DNA of 32,000 nt from Desulfovibrio inopinatus DSM 10711 (GTDB taxonomy: Bacteria; Desulfobacterota; Desulfovibrionia; Desulfovibrionales; Desulfovibrionaceae): positions 1-32,000 of the forward strand of contig NZ_AUBP01000029.1 in NCBI RefSeq assembly GCF_000429305.1, read 5' to 3'. Of this stretch, positions 1-8,654 are shown piece after piece. Made by a program: the position numbers and the translations under genes. The number at the start of each line of letters is the position of its first letter. Position 1 is the stretch's first letter. The notes beneath the pieces were generated by a model. It saw nothing but the letters and a program-made list of their open reading frames with translations. It was not told the DNA's origin and did not search any database.

Positions 1-2
1 AA

Positions 3-323
3 GCTGATTGCTCAAAAGCTCTCTCGCTCATTCAAGGAATAAACGCTTTATTTCTTATTGCGGACAAGGGATACGACACGCAAAAAATTGTTGATGAAGC
101 ATTAAGAAGAAATATGACACCTGTTATTCCTCCGAGGAGAAACCGTAAAGAACAGCGAAAGTATGATAAGTATATTTATAAGTTACGTCATCTTGTTGAA
201 AACGCATTTTTATACATCAAGCAATGGAGAGGGATAGCTACACGTTACGCAAAAATGACAACTTCATTTCTCGCGGCTGTTCAGATTCGCTGTCTCTTTT
301 GGTGGCTAACAATCTCGTGACGA
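3..323 (+). pseudogene. C-terminal part of an IS5-family (DDE) transposase, truncated by the window edge; intact or partial status upstream unknown
   Basis: Frame 3 is open from the first bases (ADCSKALSLIQGINALFLIADKGYDTQKIVDEALRRNMTPVIPPRRNRKEQRKYDKYIYKLRHLVENAFLYIKQWRGIATRYAKMTTSFLAAVQIRCLFWWLTIS). The 'ADKGYD', 'PPRRNR' and 'RHLVENAF..IKQWRGIATRYAK' blocks are characteristic of IS5-family transposase C-termini. Confidence 0.85.
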
Positions 324-359
324 CACTGCCTAAGTCAGCGCCGGTTTGCAATTCAGACT

Positions 360-955
360 CTGCAAGATGCAAGTGCTTCTGATGGCGTTCTTGATGTGGC
401 TAACGATCATGGCAGACGCTTTACCGTCTGCCCTTATTGTCAATCCACGGATATTTGGCGCTAGGGGTTCAAGGCAGCAAAGCCAAAAAACGTGGACTCT
501 CCAAAGAGCAAATTCCTGTCCTGGTCGTCGAGGACGGACGCGGAAACCACTTTGATCAAGTGCTTGAAAGCGTAGACCAATCTACCATTGGCGTCATTTT
601 GCCGCAGCTGCTTTCCGATGAAAGCCTGCTATGCACAGATGGTGCTCATGTCTACAGTTCGGTCGCGAAAGATTACAAAATTCCGCATGAGTCAGTGCGT
701 TTCGCCAAGCACGGCTATGTCAAAGAGCGGGTTTTTCATGTCCAGCATGTCAACACCTACGACAGCCGACTCAAGACCTGGATGACACGATTTAAGGGCG
801 TTGCAACCAAACTTACCCAACTACCTTGGCTTGGAGACGAATGCTTGAGCGAATTGGAGACCAGTTGTCTCCAATCCGGATCTTCACAATGGCTCTGGGG
901 TAAATTCAACACAAATAGGGGACAGATCCTTGTCAAAATACATTGTTGATTGCTA
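360..955 (+). pseudogene. Decayed IS1595-family (ISXO2-like) transposase: zinc-ribbon N-terminal scrap joined to the catalytic-domain remnant, with a frameshifted C-terminus
   Basis: One frame reads FAIQTLQDASASDGVLDVANDHGRRFTVCPYCQSTDIWR* (zinc-ribbon-like). The next ORF (437-949) reads GSKAKKRGLSKEQIPVLVVEDGRGNHFDQVLESV...SVRFAKHGYVKERVFHVQHVNTYDSRLKTWMTRFKGVATK, typical of this family. The expected 'YLPNYLGW'-like end appears only in the +1 frame (LPNYLGLE). Confidence 0.75.
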
Positions 956-1180
956 AGTCTCCTTTCCGCCGCTTTTCGGCATTCTATATCACTAAGACTT
1001 AACTCTCGCATTACTCTCAAATTTAAGAATTGGATTTCAGAAGTGTTTTGGATACAGTCGATTCTCGTAGAGAAAAGGTCTTGCGAGGTGCTTCTTTCTA
1101 TGCAACGGGGCCATCCATAGTGATCTCCCAAAAACTTGCCTCTTATATTCAATTCCAGCACCACGCCATGGAGCAATAGC

Positions 1181-3949
1181 ATGCGAGACAAAGACAAAAG
1201 CAAGCAAGAACTCATCACGGAGTTATGTGCAGCTCGGGAAGAAATTGCAAAACTCAATGAAGAGATAAACCCGTCAAATAAGTTAACTAATGAACTTGTA
1301 AATGAAGTGAGCTGTACAAATTTTTATGCACAAAACAAATTGAACAAATTTCTATCTCCGCTCGGCATTGGTTTATATCTCATCAACCGTGACATGGTAG
1401 TGATCTGGACCAACGACAAGATGTCACAACTCTTTCCATATCAAGACCAAATAGGGGAACTATGCCATAAGGTATATCGTAATAGAGATACCACATGCCC
1501 TCAATGTCCAGCCATAGAGAGCTTCAACGCAGGAAAAATTGGACACACTGACTACTATAATCCGGCAAATCGGAGATGGTTTACTATCAGTGCGCAGCCT
1601 GTGCAGGAAAAAACTGGGGAGATACATCAGGTCCTGATGGCGATCACCGACATTACCACACGCAAACGCGTAGAAACAACCTTGCTTGAGAACGAAGCTC
1701 GTCTTCATGGCGACCCTAAAACTGTTCTTGAACGAGAAGGTGGTCATGCCAATTTAGAAATTTCCGACTTCATAGATATTGATGCATTGCAAGCCATGAT
1801 GGATAATTTTCACAAAATAACAGGTATGGTCTTTGCTCTGCTTGATCTAAAAGGCACAGTTCTTATTGCCTCAGGATGGCAAGACATATGCACACGCTTC
1901 CACAGAGTCCATCCAGAAACAGCAAAATACTGTCGTGAAAGTGATGTTGAACTTTCCAAAGGTATCCTCCCAGGAGACTACAAACTTTATCGATGCAAAA
2001 ACAATATGTGGGACATTGCAACTCCTCTTATTGTTGGCGGAAAGCATGTCGGCAACCTTTTCATGGGCCAATTTTTATTTGATGATGAAGAAATTGACAG
2101 AGAATTTTTTCGCCAACAAGCTCAAAAATATGGATTCGATGAGTATGAATACCTGGCTGCTTTAGATCGTTTACCTCGATGGCGTCGCGACACCATAAAC
2201 ACCATGATGCGCTTCTACTCTCAATTGGCTGAGATGATAGCATCTTTAAGCTATGGCAATATAAAGCTCACCTGCTCTATGAACGAAAAAGACGCTCTTT
2301 TTGAGCAGTTGCGCCAAAGCCAGGAACGCCTCTCGCTCGCTGTAAAGGGCACACGGGTCGGACTATGGGATTGGCGGGTGCAGACCGGCAAAGTATTTCT
2401 CAATGAAGAATGGGCCAGCATGGTGGGATATACCTTAAAGGATCTTCAGCCTCTTTCAATCCAAACGTGGACATCGCTTTGTCACCCTGAGGACTTGAAG
2501 GACGCAGAGGCATTGCTCCAAAAACACTTTCAGGGTGAAACGAAATTCTATCGCTGCGAGATGAGGATGCGGCATAAGGAAGGCCACTGGGTATGGGTGT
2601 TGGATCAAGGGAAAGTCTTCGAATGGGACAATAACAGGAAGCCCATTCGTATGGCCGGAACTCATCAGGACATTACGCAGCTCAAACAAGCCGAGCAAGA
2701 ACAGGCCAAAACAAATCGTCAGTTGCAACGACAGTTGGCTTACACGGAGGCATTGCTCAAAGCCATTCCTATCTCAGTTTTTTCCAAAGACACCAAAGGA
2801 CGATACCTGGATTGCAATCAAGCCTTCACAGATTTCATGGGCGTATCAGCTGAGGACATTCGAGGAAAAACCGTTCATGAACTTTGGCCATGCGAACAGG
2901 CTAGAATCTACCATGAGAAGGATCTTGAAATTCTACGCACCCCGACTCCTCAAGTTTACGAAGCCAAAGTCACGACCAAGAACGGCGTTGTCCGCGACGT
3001 GATCTTCAGCAAAAATGTATTTCTCGACGAGGCTGGACGCACAGCAGGCATCATCGGAACATTTCTGGACATCACCCAACGTAAAGAAACCGAAAAGAAA
3101 CTGGAAGAAATGAACCGCAACTTGCAAGGTTTAGTAGACACCCGTACGCAAGATTTGTTGACCAAAACCAAGGAACTGGAAACGGCCAATAGAGAACTTT
3201 TGGCTCTTGACAAGTTGAAGTCAGCACTTCTTACATCTGTCTCGCATGAACTTCGTACCCCCGTGACCTCTGTCCTTGGTTTTGCAAAACTCATCCACAA
3301 AGAATTCTCTAAGCACTTTCTCCCCATATCCAACGATATAAAACATTTAGAAAAAAAAGGTAAGCGCATCCAAAGTAACCTGGAGATAATCCAGTACGAA
3401 GGGAAAAGATTGACCAGGATGATTAATGACTTCCTGGATCTGACCAAAATAGAATCAGGCCGTCTCGAATGGCACGACCGAGTTATAAACCCTGTTGAGA
3501 TCATACATCAGGCTGTCAATTCTGCCAAAGGCCTGTTCGTTCATAAGTCGGAAATTACGTTAGTGAAGAATTTCCCACCAACCTTGCCCGCCATGCGCGT
3601 TGACTCGGATCGTATCGAACAGGTAATTATTAATCTGCTGAGCAACGCGGCCAAGTTTACCCACCAAGGAAGCGTGACGCTGTCTGGCAGCGTCACGCCC
3701 AATGGCATGATTCAATTCAGAGTGTCCGATACCGGCGAGGGCATCCCTCTTCAAGAACAAAGCAAAATTTTCGATAAATTCCACCAAGTATCCAAAAGGG
3801 ACACCCAAGACAACAAGACCGAAGGAACCGGCCTAGGGTTGGCCATCTGCAAGGAGATCGTTACACACTATCAAGGCCACATCAAAGTCAAATCCGAGGA
3901 AGGAAAAGGCAGTGAGTTCATCATTGAATTGCCCACGGGGCTGCCTTAG
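1181..3949 (+). CDS. Sensor histidine kinase with N-terminal PAS, PocR-type ligand-binding domain, two further PAS domains, HisKA and HATPase_c
   Basis: Long ORF with internal ATG at 1181 (MRDKDKSKQEL...) preferred over the 1136 start. PocR-like block DFIDIDALQAMMDNFHKITGMVFALLDLKGTVLIASGWQDICTRFHR; H-box 'SALLTSVSHELRTPVTSV'; N-box 'VIINLLSNAAKFT'; G-boxes 'DTGEGIP' and 'GTGLGLAI'. Confidence 0.93.
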   Translation: MRDKDKSKQELITELCAAREEIAKLNEEINPSNKLTNELVNEVSCTNFYAQNKLNKFLSPLGIGLYLINRDMVVIWTNDKMSQLFPYQDQIGELCHKVYRNRDTTCPQCPAIESFNAGKIGHTDYYNPANRRWFTISAQPVQEKTGEIHQVLMAITDITTRKRVETTLLENEARLHGDPKTVLEREGGHANLEISDFIDIDALQAMMDNFHKITGMVFALLDLKGTVLIASGWQDICTRFHRVHPETAKYCRESDVELSKGILPGDYKLYRCKNNMWDIATPLIVGGKHVGNLFMGQFLFDDEEIDREFFRQQAQKYGFDEYEYLAALDRLPRWRRDTINTMMRFYSQLAEMIASLSYGNIKLTCSMNEKDALFEQLRQSQERLSLAVKGTRVGLWDWRVQTGKVFLNEEWASMVGYTLKDLQPLSIQTWTSLCHPEDLKDAEALLQKHFQGETKFYRCEMRMRHKEGHWVWVLDQGKVFEWDNNRKPIRMAGTHQDITQLKQAEQEQAKTNRQLQRQLAYTEALLKAIPISVFSKDTKGRYLDCNQAFTDFMGVSAEDIRGKTVHELWPCEQARIYHEKDLEILRTPTPQVYEAKVTTKNGVVRDVIFSKNVFLDEAGRTAGIIGTFLDITQRKETEKKLEEMNRNLQGLVDTRTQDLLTKTKELETANRELLALDKLKSALLTSVSHELRTPVTSVLGFAKLIHKEFSKHFLPISNDIKHLEKKGKRIQSNLEIIQYEGKRLTRMINDFLDLTKIESGRLEWHDRVINPVEIIHQAVNSAKGLFVHKSEITLVKNFPPTLPAMRVDSDRIEQVIINLLSNAAKFTHQGSVTLSGSVTPNGMIQFRVSDTGEGIPLQEQSKIFDKFHQVSKRDTQDNKTEGTGLGLAICKEIVTHYQGHIKVKSEEGKGSEFIIELPTGLP

Positions 3950-4361
3950 GATCTTCTGGACACGCTCTTCGCGAAAGCCATGCGACTCAGGGATACACTT
4001 CGCCCCCCCCCAAAAATCACGCCTCGTTTTCCGCTGAAAGCGATATTCTCATTTCCACCACTTCCCACCGCTCGGAACAACCTGATCCTGCTACAAGAAA
4101 GTGGGCTGTCATGCCAGAAACATATTCTTGCCGTTAAAGCCAAGGCCAGGAAAAACGTAGAAAAAATCTGCCAGGTCGTGAGAATATGCGCTATAGGAAT
4201 CAGGAGACATATAAAAGTCCCTGCGGCAGCTAATCCTTATATACCAGAATTCGCAAAGTACTTATGAAAATACAGGAACAGAAAGGATAGCAAATTATTG
4301 TCAGCCATGTCTGCTCGCGAATTTAGAGCACGTGTGACACCATAAGAGGTTAAGCAGCTGG

Positions 4362-4400
4362 ACCGCTCAGCAAGGTTTGCCTTTGAAATGCTTGAGCGGT
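4362..4400. promoter_or_regulatory. Imperfect inverted repeat upstream of the sigma factor gene
   Basis: ACCGCTCA(4362-4369)...TGAGCGGT(4393-4400), extended by GCA/TGC with a one-base bulge. It lies ~90 bp upstream of the 4487 start, with no T-tract. Confidence 0.35.
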
Positions 4401-4486
4401 ACTGATGGGGAACTGGCACGTACCACTTTTAAAAGGGAATGGGGCTGCGAGGCTCATGACCTACTGATACCGTATGATGAGATAGC

Positions 4487-5035
4487 ATGAACACAACTGA
4501 AGAAGTATGGAAAAAATACCACGCTAACCTGCTCGCTTTTATACGAAAGCGGGTCAACGATAAGGTTGCAGCCGAAGATATTCTTCAGGATATCTTTGTT
4601 CGGGTTCATTCGCGGATCGGCACCCTTGAAAACAGGAGTAGGCTTGAAAGCTGGCTTTATCAAATAACAAGGAATGCCATTATTGATTTCTATCGCTCTC
4701 ACAAGCCGCTGGAAGAGTTACCGGTGTGGCTTGAACAACCGCAAGTTGGCAAGGAGGAAACGAACAGGCAGGAATTATCGTTGTGTCTTGCTCCGATGAT
4801 TCAGCAGCTACCGAAAAAATACCGCCACGCAGTTCAGCTTTCTGAGATCGAAGGAAGAACCCAAAAAGAGGTCGCGGAAATTGAGAACATTTCCCTTTCC
4901 GGGGCAAAGTCGAGAGTACAGCGCGGAAGAGCGCTGTTGAAAGACATGTTTCACGACTGCTGTAAAGTAGAAATTAACACAAAAAATCAAATAGTTGATT
5001 ACATCAAAGAAAACGGCGATTGCAAGTTCTGTTAA
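4487..5035 (+). CDS. sigZ: ECF RNA polymerase sigma factor, SigZ type
   Basis: 182 aa; region 2 'KVAAEDILQDIFVRVHSRIGTLENRSRLESWLYQITRNAIIDFYR' and region 4 'LPKKYRHAVQLSEIEGRTQKEVAEIENISLSGAKSRVQRGRALLK'; C-terminal CKFC. Confidence 0.88.
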   Translation: MNTTEEVWKKYHANLLAFIRKRVNDKVAAEDILQDIFVRVHSRIGTLENRSRLESWLYQITRNAIIDFYRSHKPLEELPVWLEQPQVGKEETNRQELSLCLAPMIQQLPKKYRHAVQLSEIEGRTQKEVAEIENISLSGAKSRVQRGRALLKDMFHDCCKVEINTKNQIVDYIKENGDCKFC

Positions 5036-5136
5036 AATTTCTCTCTGATTTTGCGTCCTTTTCGTGATGTCTCCGTCTACCTGAGTAGGAAGCGGAAATG
5101 GTTCCGCGCCAACTCTCATCACGAAAGGAGATAATC

Positions 5137-6039
5137 ATGAAACAACTCAATAACGACGAAATCCGCGATGCAGTACGTAACCACTATGGCAAGACAGCAG
5201 AGGGCTGCTGTGGGGGGCCGGTCCCGAAAGACGCCGAAGCCTGTTGCGTAGCAGATGCCGAGGCAGAGGTGGTCGACGAAAACGCTTGTGGTTGCGGGGC
5301 CACACCATCAAGTGACATCAGCAGCGCCCAAGGGGGGTGCTGCAGCGGACCGGCGCTATCGCCAGATAAAACATCAAAAGCACTTGGCTATTCGTCAGAC
5401 GAGCTGGCATCCCTGCCAGAAGGCGCAAACCTCGGTCTTGGTTGCGGTAATCCTCAAGCCATTGCCTCAATTAAACAGGGCGAGACGGTTCTCGATCTTG
5501 GAAGCGGTGCAGGAATGGACTGTTTTCTGGCAGCAAAGACCACTGGCGCTAGGGGGCTGGTGATCGGGGTGGACATGACACCCGAAATGATTGCCAAGGC
5601 CAAGTTAAATGCCGAAAAAACCGGCGTAAAAAATGTGGAGTTCCGCCTTGGTGAAATCGAGAACCTTCCTGTGGCGGATAACAATGTGGATGTCATCATC
5701 TCGAATTGCGTAATCAACCTGTCGCCTGAAAAGTGGAAGGTTTACTCGGAGGCATTTCGTGTCTTGAAACCAGGCGGTCGTATCGCAGTTTCCGACATTG
5801 TTCTCACGGCGGCGTTGCCGGAAGAACTTCAAAACGACTTGTCCCTCTACACAGGTTGCATGGCCGGTGCCAGTTCGCTTCCGGATATTGAATCCTATCT
5901 ATCCGAGGCGGGGTTCGGCGATATCCGCATTTCGCCCAAGGATGAAAGCCGTGAGTTTATACGCGAATGGGTGCCCGGCAGCAAAACTGCGGATTATGTT
6001 GTCTCAGCGACAATTGAGGCAATTAAACCCAGGGCATAA
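5137..6039 (+). CDS. arsM: Arsenite S-adenosylmethionine methyltransferase
   Basis: ATG at 5137 preceded by AAGGAG. Rossmann MTase motif VLDLGSGAGMDCF; ArsM blocks NCVINLSPEKWKVYSEAFRVLKPGGRIAVSDIV and LYTGCMAGAS; Cys-rich N-terminal region (GCCGG, ACC, ACGCG, GGCCSG). Confidence 0.93.
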   Translation: MKQLNNDEIRDAVRNHYGKTAEGCCGGPVPKDAEACCVADAEAEVVDENACGCGATPSSDISSAQGGCCSGPALSPDKTSKALGYSSDELASLPEGANLGLGCGNPQAIASIKQGETVLDLGSGAGMDCFLAAKTTGARGLVIGVDMTPEMIAKAKLNAEKTGVKNVEFRLGEIENLPVADNNVDVIISNCVINLSPEKWKVYSEAFRVLKPGGRIAVSDIVLTAALPEELQNDLSLYTGCMAGASSLPDIESYLSEAGFGDIRISPKDESREFIREWVPGSKTADYVVSATIEAIKPRA

Positions 6040-6133
6040 CCGGGCAAGGTGGAGGATATCCAGGCGGGTTCACTTTATCAGACCACTCAGCGACAAATTA
6101 AGGTGAACAGTTTCATAGGCTATGCCGCCTTGT

Positions 6134-6175
6134 GGCCCCAAGTCAGAGAGGGCGCTCCCTCTCTGGCTTGGGGCC
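6134..6175 (+). terminator. Rho-independent-type terminator downstream of arsM
   Basis: GGCCCCAAGTCAGAGAGGG-CGCT-CCCTCTCTGGCTTGGGGCC, a long near-perfect hairpin followed by TTTCT. Confidence 0.8.
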
Positions 6176-6186
6176 TTTCTGATATA

Positions 6187-6389
6187 TCTCCATCGGCTTT
6201 CTGCCGTTAAACGCCTTGTGCGGGCGACGATTGTTGCCCCCTTCTTCAAGAGCCTCCCCCGACCTCAAAGAAAGCGACTTCGTAAACTTCCCCACAAACT
6301 CCACACCAATCCACCGAGGCTTAATGTCAAGCGTGACGTTGCCCTCCAGTAACCGGAACCATATTTTTGACCGCTCCTTTGGCCCCAAA
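6187..6389 (-). pseudogene. Possible degenerate transposase/integrase C-terminal fragment
   Basis: Minus-strand reading contains 'GGNNRRPHKAFNGRKPMEIY', resembling the 'YN..RPH..L...TP..' tail of rve-type transposases. The rest is not recognisable. Confidence 0.3.
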
Positions 6390-6390
6390 A

Positions 6391-6593
6391 GACACCAGGA
6401 GGCTGGCTATTATAGGTGATCTGCGTGCCTTCCCAAAGAAAGCTCCAGCCTTGTGGAATCTCCTTCTTGAACAATTCAAGTCAAAGAAAAGCCGAGAGAT
6501 TTGAAATCTCAACTTTTCCTGAATCAACCTCTCTGCGGATAAAAGTGGCACAGATATTGAGTTTGCTGTGCAGTCGCCGGGGCCATTTCCGGT
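6391..6593 (-). repeat. Left copy of a ~200-bp duplicated module (degenerate end of a Gly-rich peptide gene plus downstream sequence)
   Basis: Shares with 7855-8056: 'gacaccagg.ggct.gctattatag', 'tctgcg.gcct.cccaaa', 'cctctctgcgg.ta', 'cagatatt.ag.t.g.tgtgcagtcgcc.gggccatttccggtt'. The minus strand still encodes GNGPGDCTA but has lost the stop codon. Confidence 0.8.
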
Positions 6594-6897
6594 TTATGCG
6601 AATGCACGAGATTTCCACCAAACAAAAGAATCAAGCTCAACACAAAAAGGCGTTGCACTGGATACAAAAAAGTAGGTGAAGGAAGCAGAAGAAAGGTCAA
6701 ATCCATAAAGAGCGTATCGACTTGGTTGCCCAAGTTGACTCAAAAATGGGAGGATGCTTCCTGAGCGGAAGTGCCTTCCTATTTCCAACAGAACCTTCTA
6801 GCTGTGTCGAGAAATGTCTTTGTAGGCTTTTTTTACAAATACATCGAAATCGCTCAGAAGGAATTGCACTTCAAGAGAACTGAGCACGTTTGGAGAG

Positions 6898-6939
6898 GGA
6901 CGAGAGGAACGAGAGGAACGAGAGGGACGAGTGCGACTC
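6898..6939. repeat. Short tandem repeat, 9-bp unit GAGAGG(A/G)AC, about 4-5 copies
   Basis: gagagggacgagaggaacgagaggaacgagagggacgag read directly from the sequence. Confidence 0.85.
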
Positions 6940-7678
6940 GTACTTTTCGTGAGGAGAGAGGTTGCAACGACTTTTTTACCCTTTGGCTTGAACTCTCCCG
7001 AAAGAAGGAAATCCATTTCTTCCCGGCTGATGAGGGAGTGAATATTATTAGACATGGTTCTCTTGCCTCCATATTCTCCGCTTCACATCACAATGACAAC
7101 GCCAACTACAATTTATATGTACACAAAAGACAGATATGTCAACTACAATAAGCTACTTTTATGAATAACATCACAAAAAAACGATGTGTAATAGTCAATC
7201 ATAAAAAATCAAAGTAAAGAATTATTTTTTTATCAAAAGAAATCAAGCGCACAAACATAAGCTTCATATCAACATGATAAAAACACCTTTATAACAGTTC
7301 GTCTTACACGAAACGAAACATCATCATCTAGATACATAAAAACCTGATAAATACATGACAAATACATCAGAAATCACGATACAAGACATAGTAAATACAA
7401 TCCAGCGTACTCCATTGCGTTTACTACAATATTCAAAAAAAACCAAATCCTCAATAAATACGATGGCAAACAACAAAATGAACTCTCCTACGTCCTAAGC
7501 CATTACATGGAACGAGGCACCGACGAACTGGATCAGAAAAAACTGCCTCCCGCTGACAATCAAGTACGACTCCACACCCGATGTTACGATACTGCTCGGC
7601 AGCACGACGCCTGCTCCTGCTACAAAGTAGTGGACACGAAGTGAAGCCACCATCCTGGCAAGCAAAGAGGAAACGAGG

Positions 7679-7795
7679 ATGAGCAACTCTTACAGAAAAT
7701 ATGATACGGAATTTAAGTATAATGCCGTGATATTGGTTGAAGCAGGAAGAAGTGTCTCTGATATTGCTGACAGCCCGGGAATTACTCTTAAATGA
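7679..7795 (+). pseudogene. IS3-family OrfA (HTH) N-terminal fragment, truncated
   Basis: atgagcaactcttacag... translates MSNSYRKYDTEFKYNAVILVEAGRSVSDIADSPGITLK*, matching the 'YDxEFKxxAVxLVxEGRSVxDIAxxLGI' OrfA signature. Preceded by 'tggacacgaagtgaagcc', possibly an IS-end-like sequence. Confidence 0.65.
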
Positions 7796-7854
7796 TCATT
7801 GACGAAGAGGGGCTGCGAAAAATACTTTCTGTTTATCTTTCTCTGACCTGAGAT

Positions 7855-8056
7855 GACACCAGGGGGCTAGCTATTATAGTTACGATAAGGATTCTGCGCG
7901 CCTCCCCAAAAGGGAGCCATCTCCACTCTAACCAATTAAAATCAAGGAAGAGCCGGGACATTTGAGGTCCCGGCTCTTCCAGAGTTGGCCTCTCTGCGGG
8001 TATGAGGCAGCATAGATATTTAGCTCGTTGTGCAGTCGCCAGGGCCATTTCCGGTT
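7855..8056 (-). repeat. Right copy of the duplicated module, overlapping the 3' end and terminator of the Gly-rich peptide gene
   Basis: Direct comparison with 6391-6593 (see that entry). Confidence 0.8.
7946..7980 (-). terminator. Terminator hairpin for the Gly-rich peptide gene
   Basis: Perfect 14-bp stem GGAAGAGCCGGGAC / GTCCCGGCTCTTCC with loop ATTTGAG, 40 nt downstream of the stop codon, with T-rich DNA beyond it on the minus strand. Confidence 0.85.
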
Positions 8057-8289
8057 CCATCATGGGGCCCATCTCCAGTGCCTGTCCCGTCACCTGGTCC
8101 GTAGCCGCCTCCGCCCGAGCCATTTCCAAAACCGCCATGTGCGAGGAGCAACGGGAGTTGTCCAGTGTTCGAGGTGGCGATTTGGGGGATATCGTTCATG
8201 TTGAATGACTTGGCGGCTATGCTCTCCAGGGGGAGAGACATAATGCCGATCATGGCGCACAAGGTGGCGCAAGCGATTGTTTTTTTCAT
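8020..8289 (-). CDS. Small secreted Gly/Asp/Pro-rich peptide (89 aa) with signal peptide
   Basis: MKKTIACATLCAMIGIMSLPLESIAAKSF... (signal peptide) followed by HGGFGNGSGGGGYGPGDGTGTGDGPHDGTGNGPGDCTTS*. Good Shine-Dalgarno (CGGAGGT) upstream and a dedicated terminator downstream. Confidence 0.8.
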   Translation of the reverse strand: MKKTIACATLCAMIGIMSLPLESIAAKSFNMNDIPQIATSNTGQLPLLLAHGGFGNGSGGGGYGPGDGTGTGDGPHDGTGNGPGDCTTS

Positions 8290-8654
8290 GATGGGACCTC
8301 CGTGTTTTATTGGTGACTTTTGAATGGTCTATGCAAGTTTTCCTTAAAAGGTCACACGGCTTTCCCTTAAAAAATGCTTGGGGGTGGGTGTCTCCATCTG
8401 ATTGCATGCGGGAGCGACACGAAATCCGTATAAATCCGGCGTTCAATTTTGCTCAGTGACGCATTTGAGAGGCTTGGATTGAAGTAAACTCACCAAACCA
8501 ACCGAACGAAAGCGGGCAATCGAGTTAAAGAGATTCTGAGTGTGTTCGCGATGTGTGGAAGGAATTCTTTTTGCTGAAGATGCTTTTATTAAGTGACCTC
8601 ATGAACTCACGCTGTAAAACTGAATGGGCTCTTGCCCTTTTCTACCATTGCACG

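Noticed and set aside
757-1257. 166-aa minus-strand ORF
   Set aside because: Spans the decayed transposase 3' end and the intergenic region, with no recognisable domain or plausible start context.
2933-3808. Minus-strand ORFs opposite the histidine kinase (182 aa at 2956-3504 and others)
   Set aside because: The + strand carries unambiguous PAS and kinase motifs; these are antisense artefacts.
3560-3808. Search for toxin-antitoxin, restriction-modification or anti-phage genes anywhere in the window
   Set aside because: No nuclease, methylase (other than ArsM), NTPase or abortive-infection-like domain was recognised. The accessory content is biosynthetic rather than defensive.
5255-5563. ORF of 102 aa on + inside arsM
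   Set aside because: Out-of-frame reading of the Cys-rich, GC-rich segment of arsM.
6898-6939. Possible start of a CRISPR-like or LTR-like array
   Set aside because: Unit is only 9 bp with no spacers; it is a simple tandem repeat.
6771-7151. 126-aa + strand ORF with RGT repeats
   Set aside because: No good ribosome-binding site or domain, and equally open antisense frame; openness is probably caused by the 9-bp repeat. Kept only as a repeat observation.
7160-7490. AT-rich stretch considered as a possible phage attachment, retron RNA or origin-like region
   Set aside because: No reverse transcriptase, integrase, iterons or stable long hairpin could be identified by eye; too little support.
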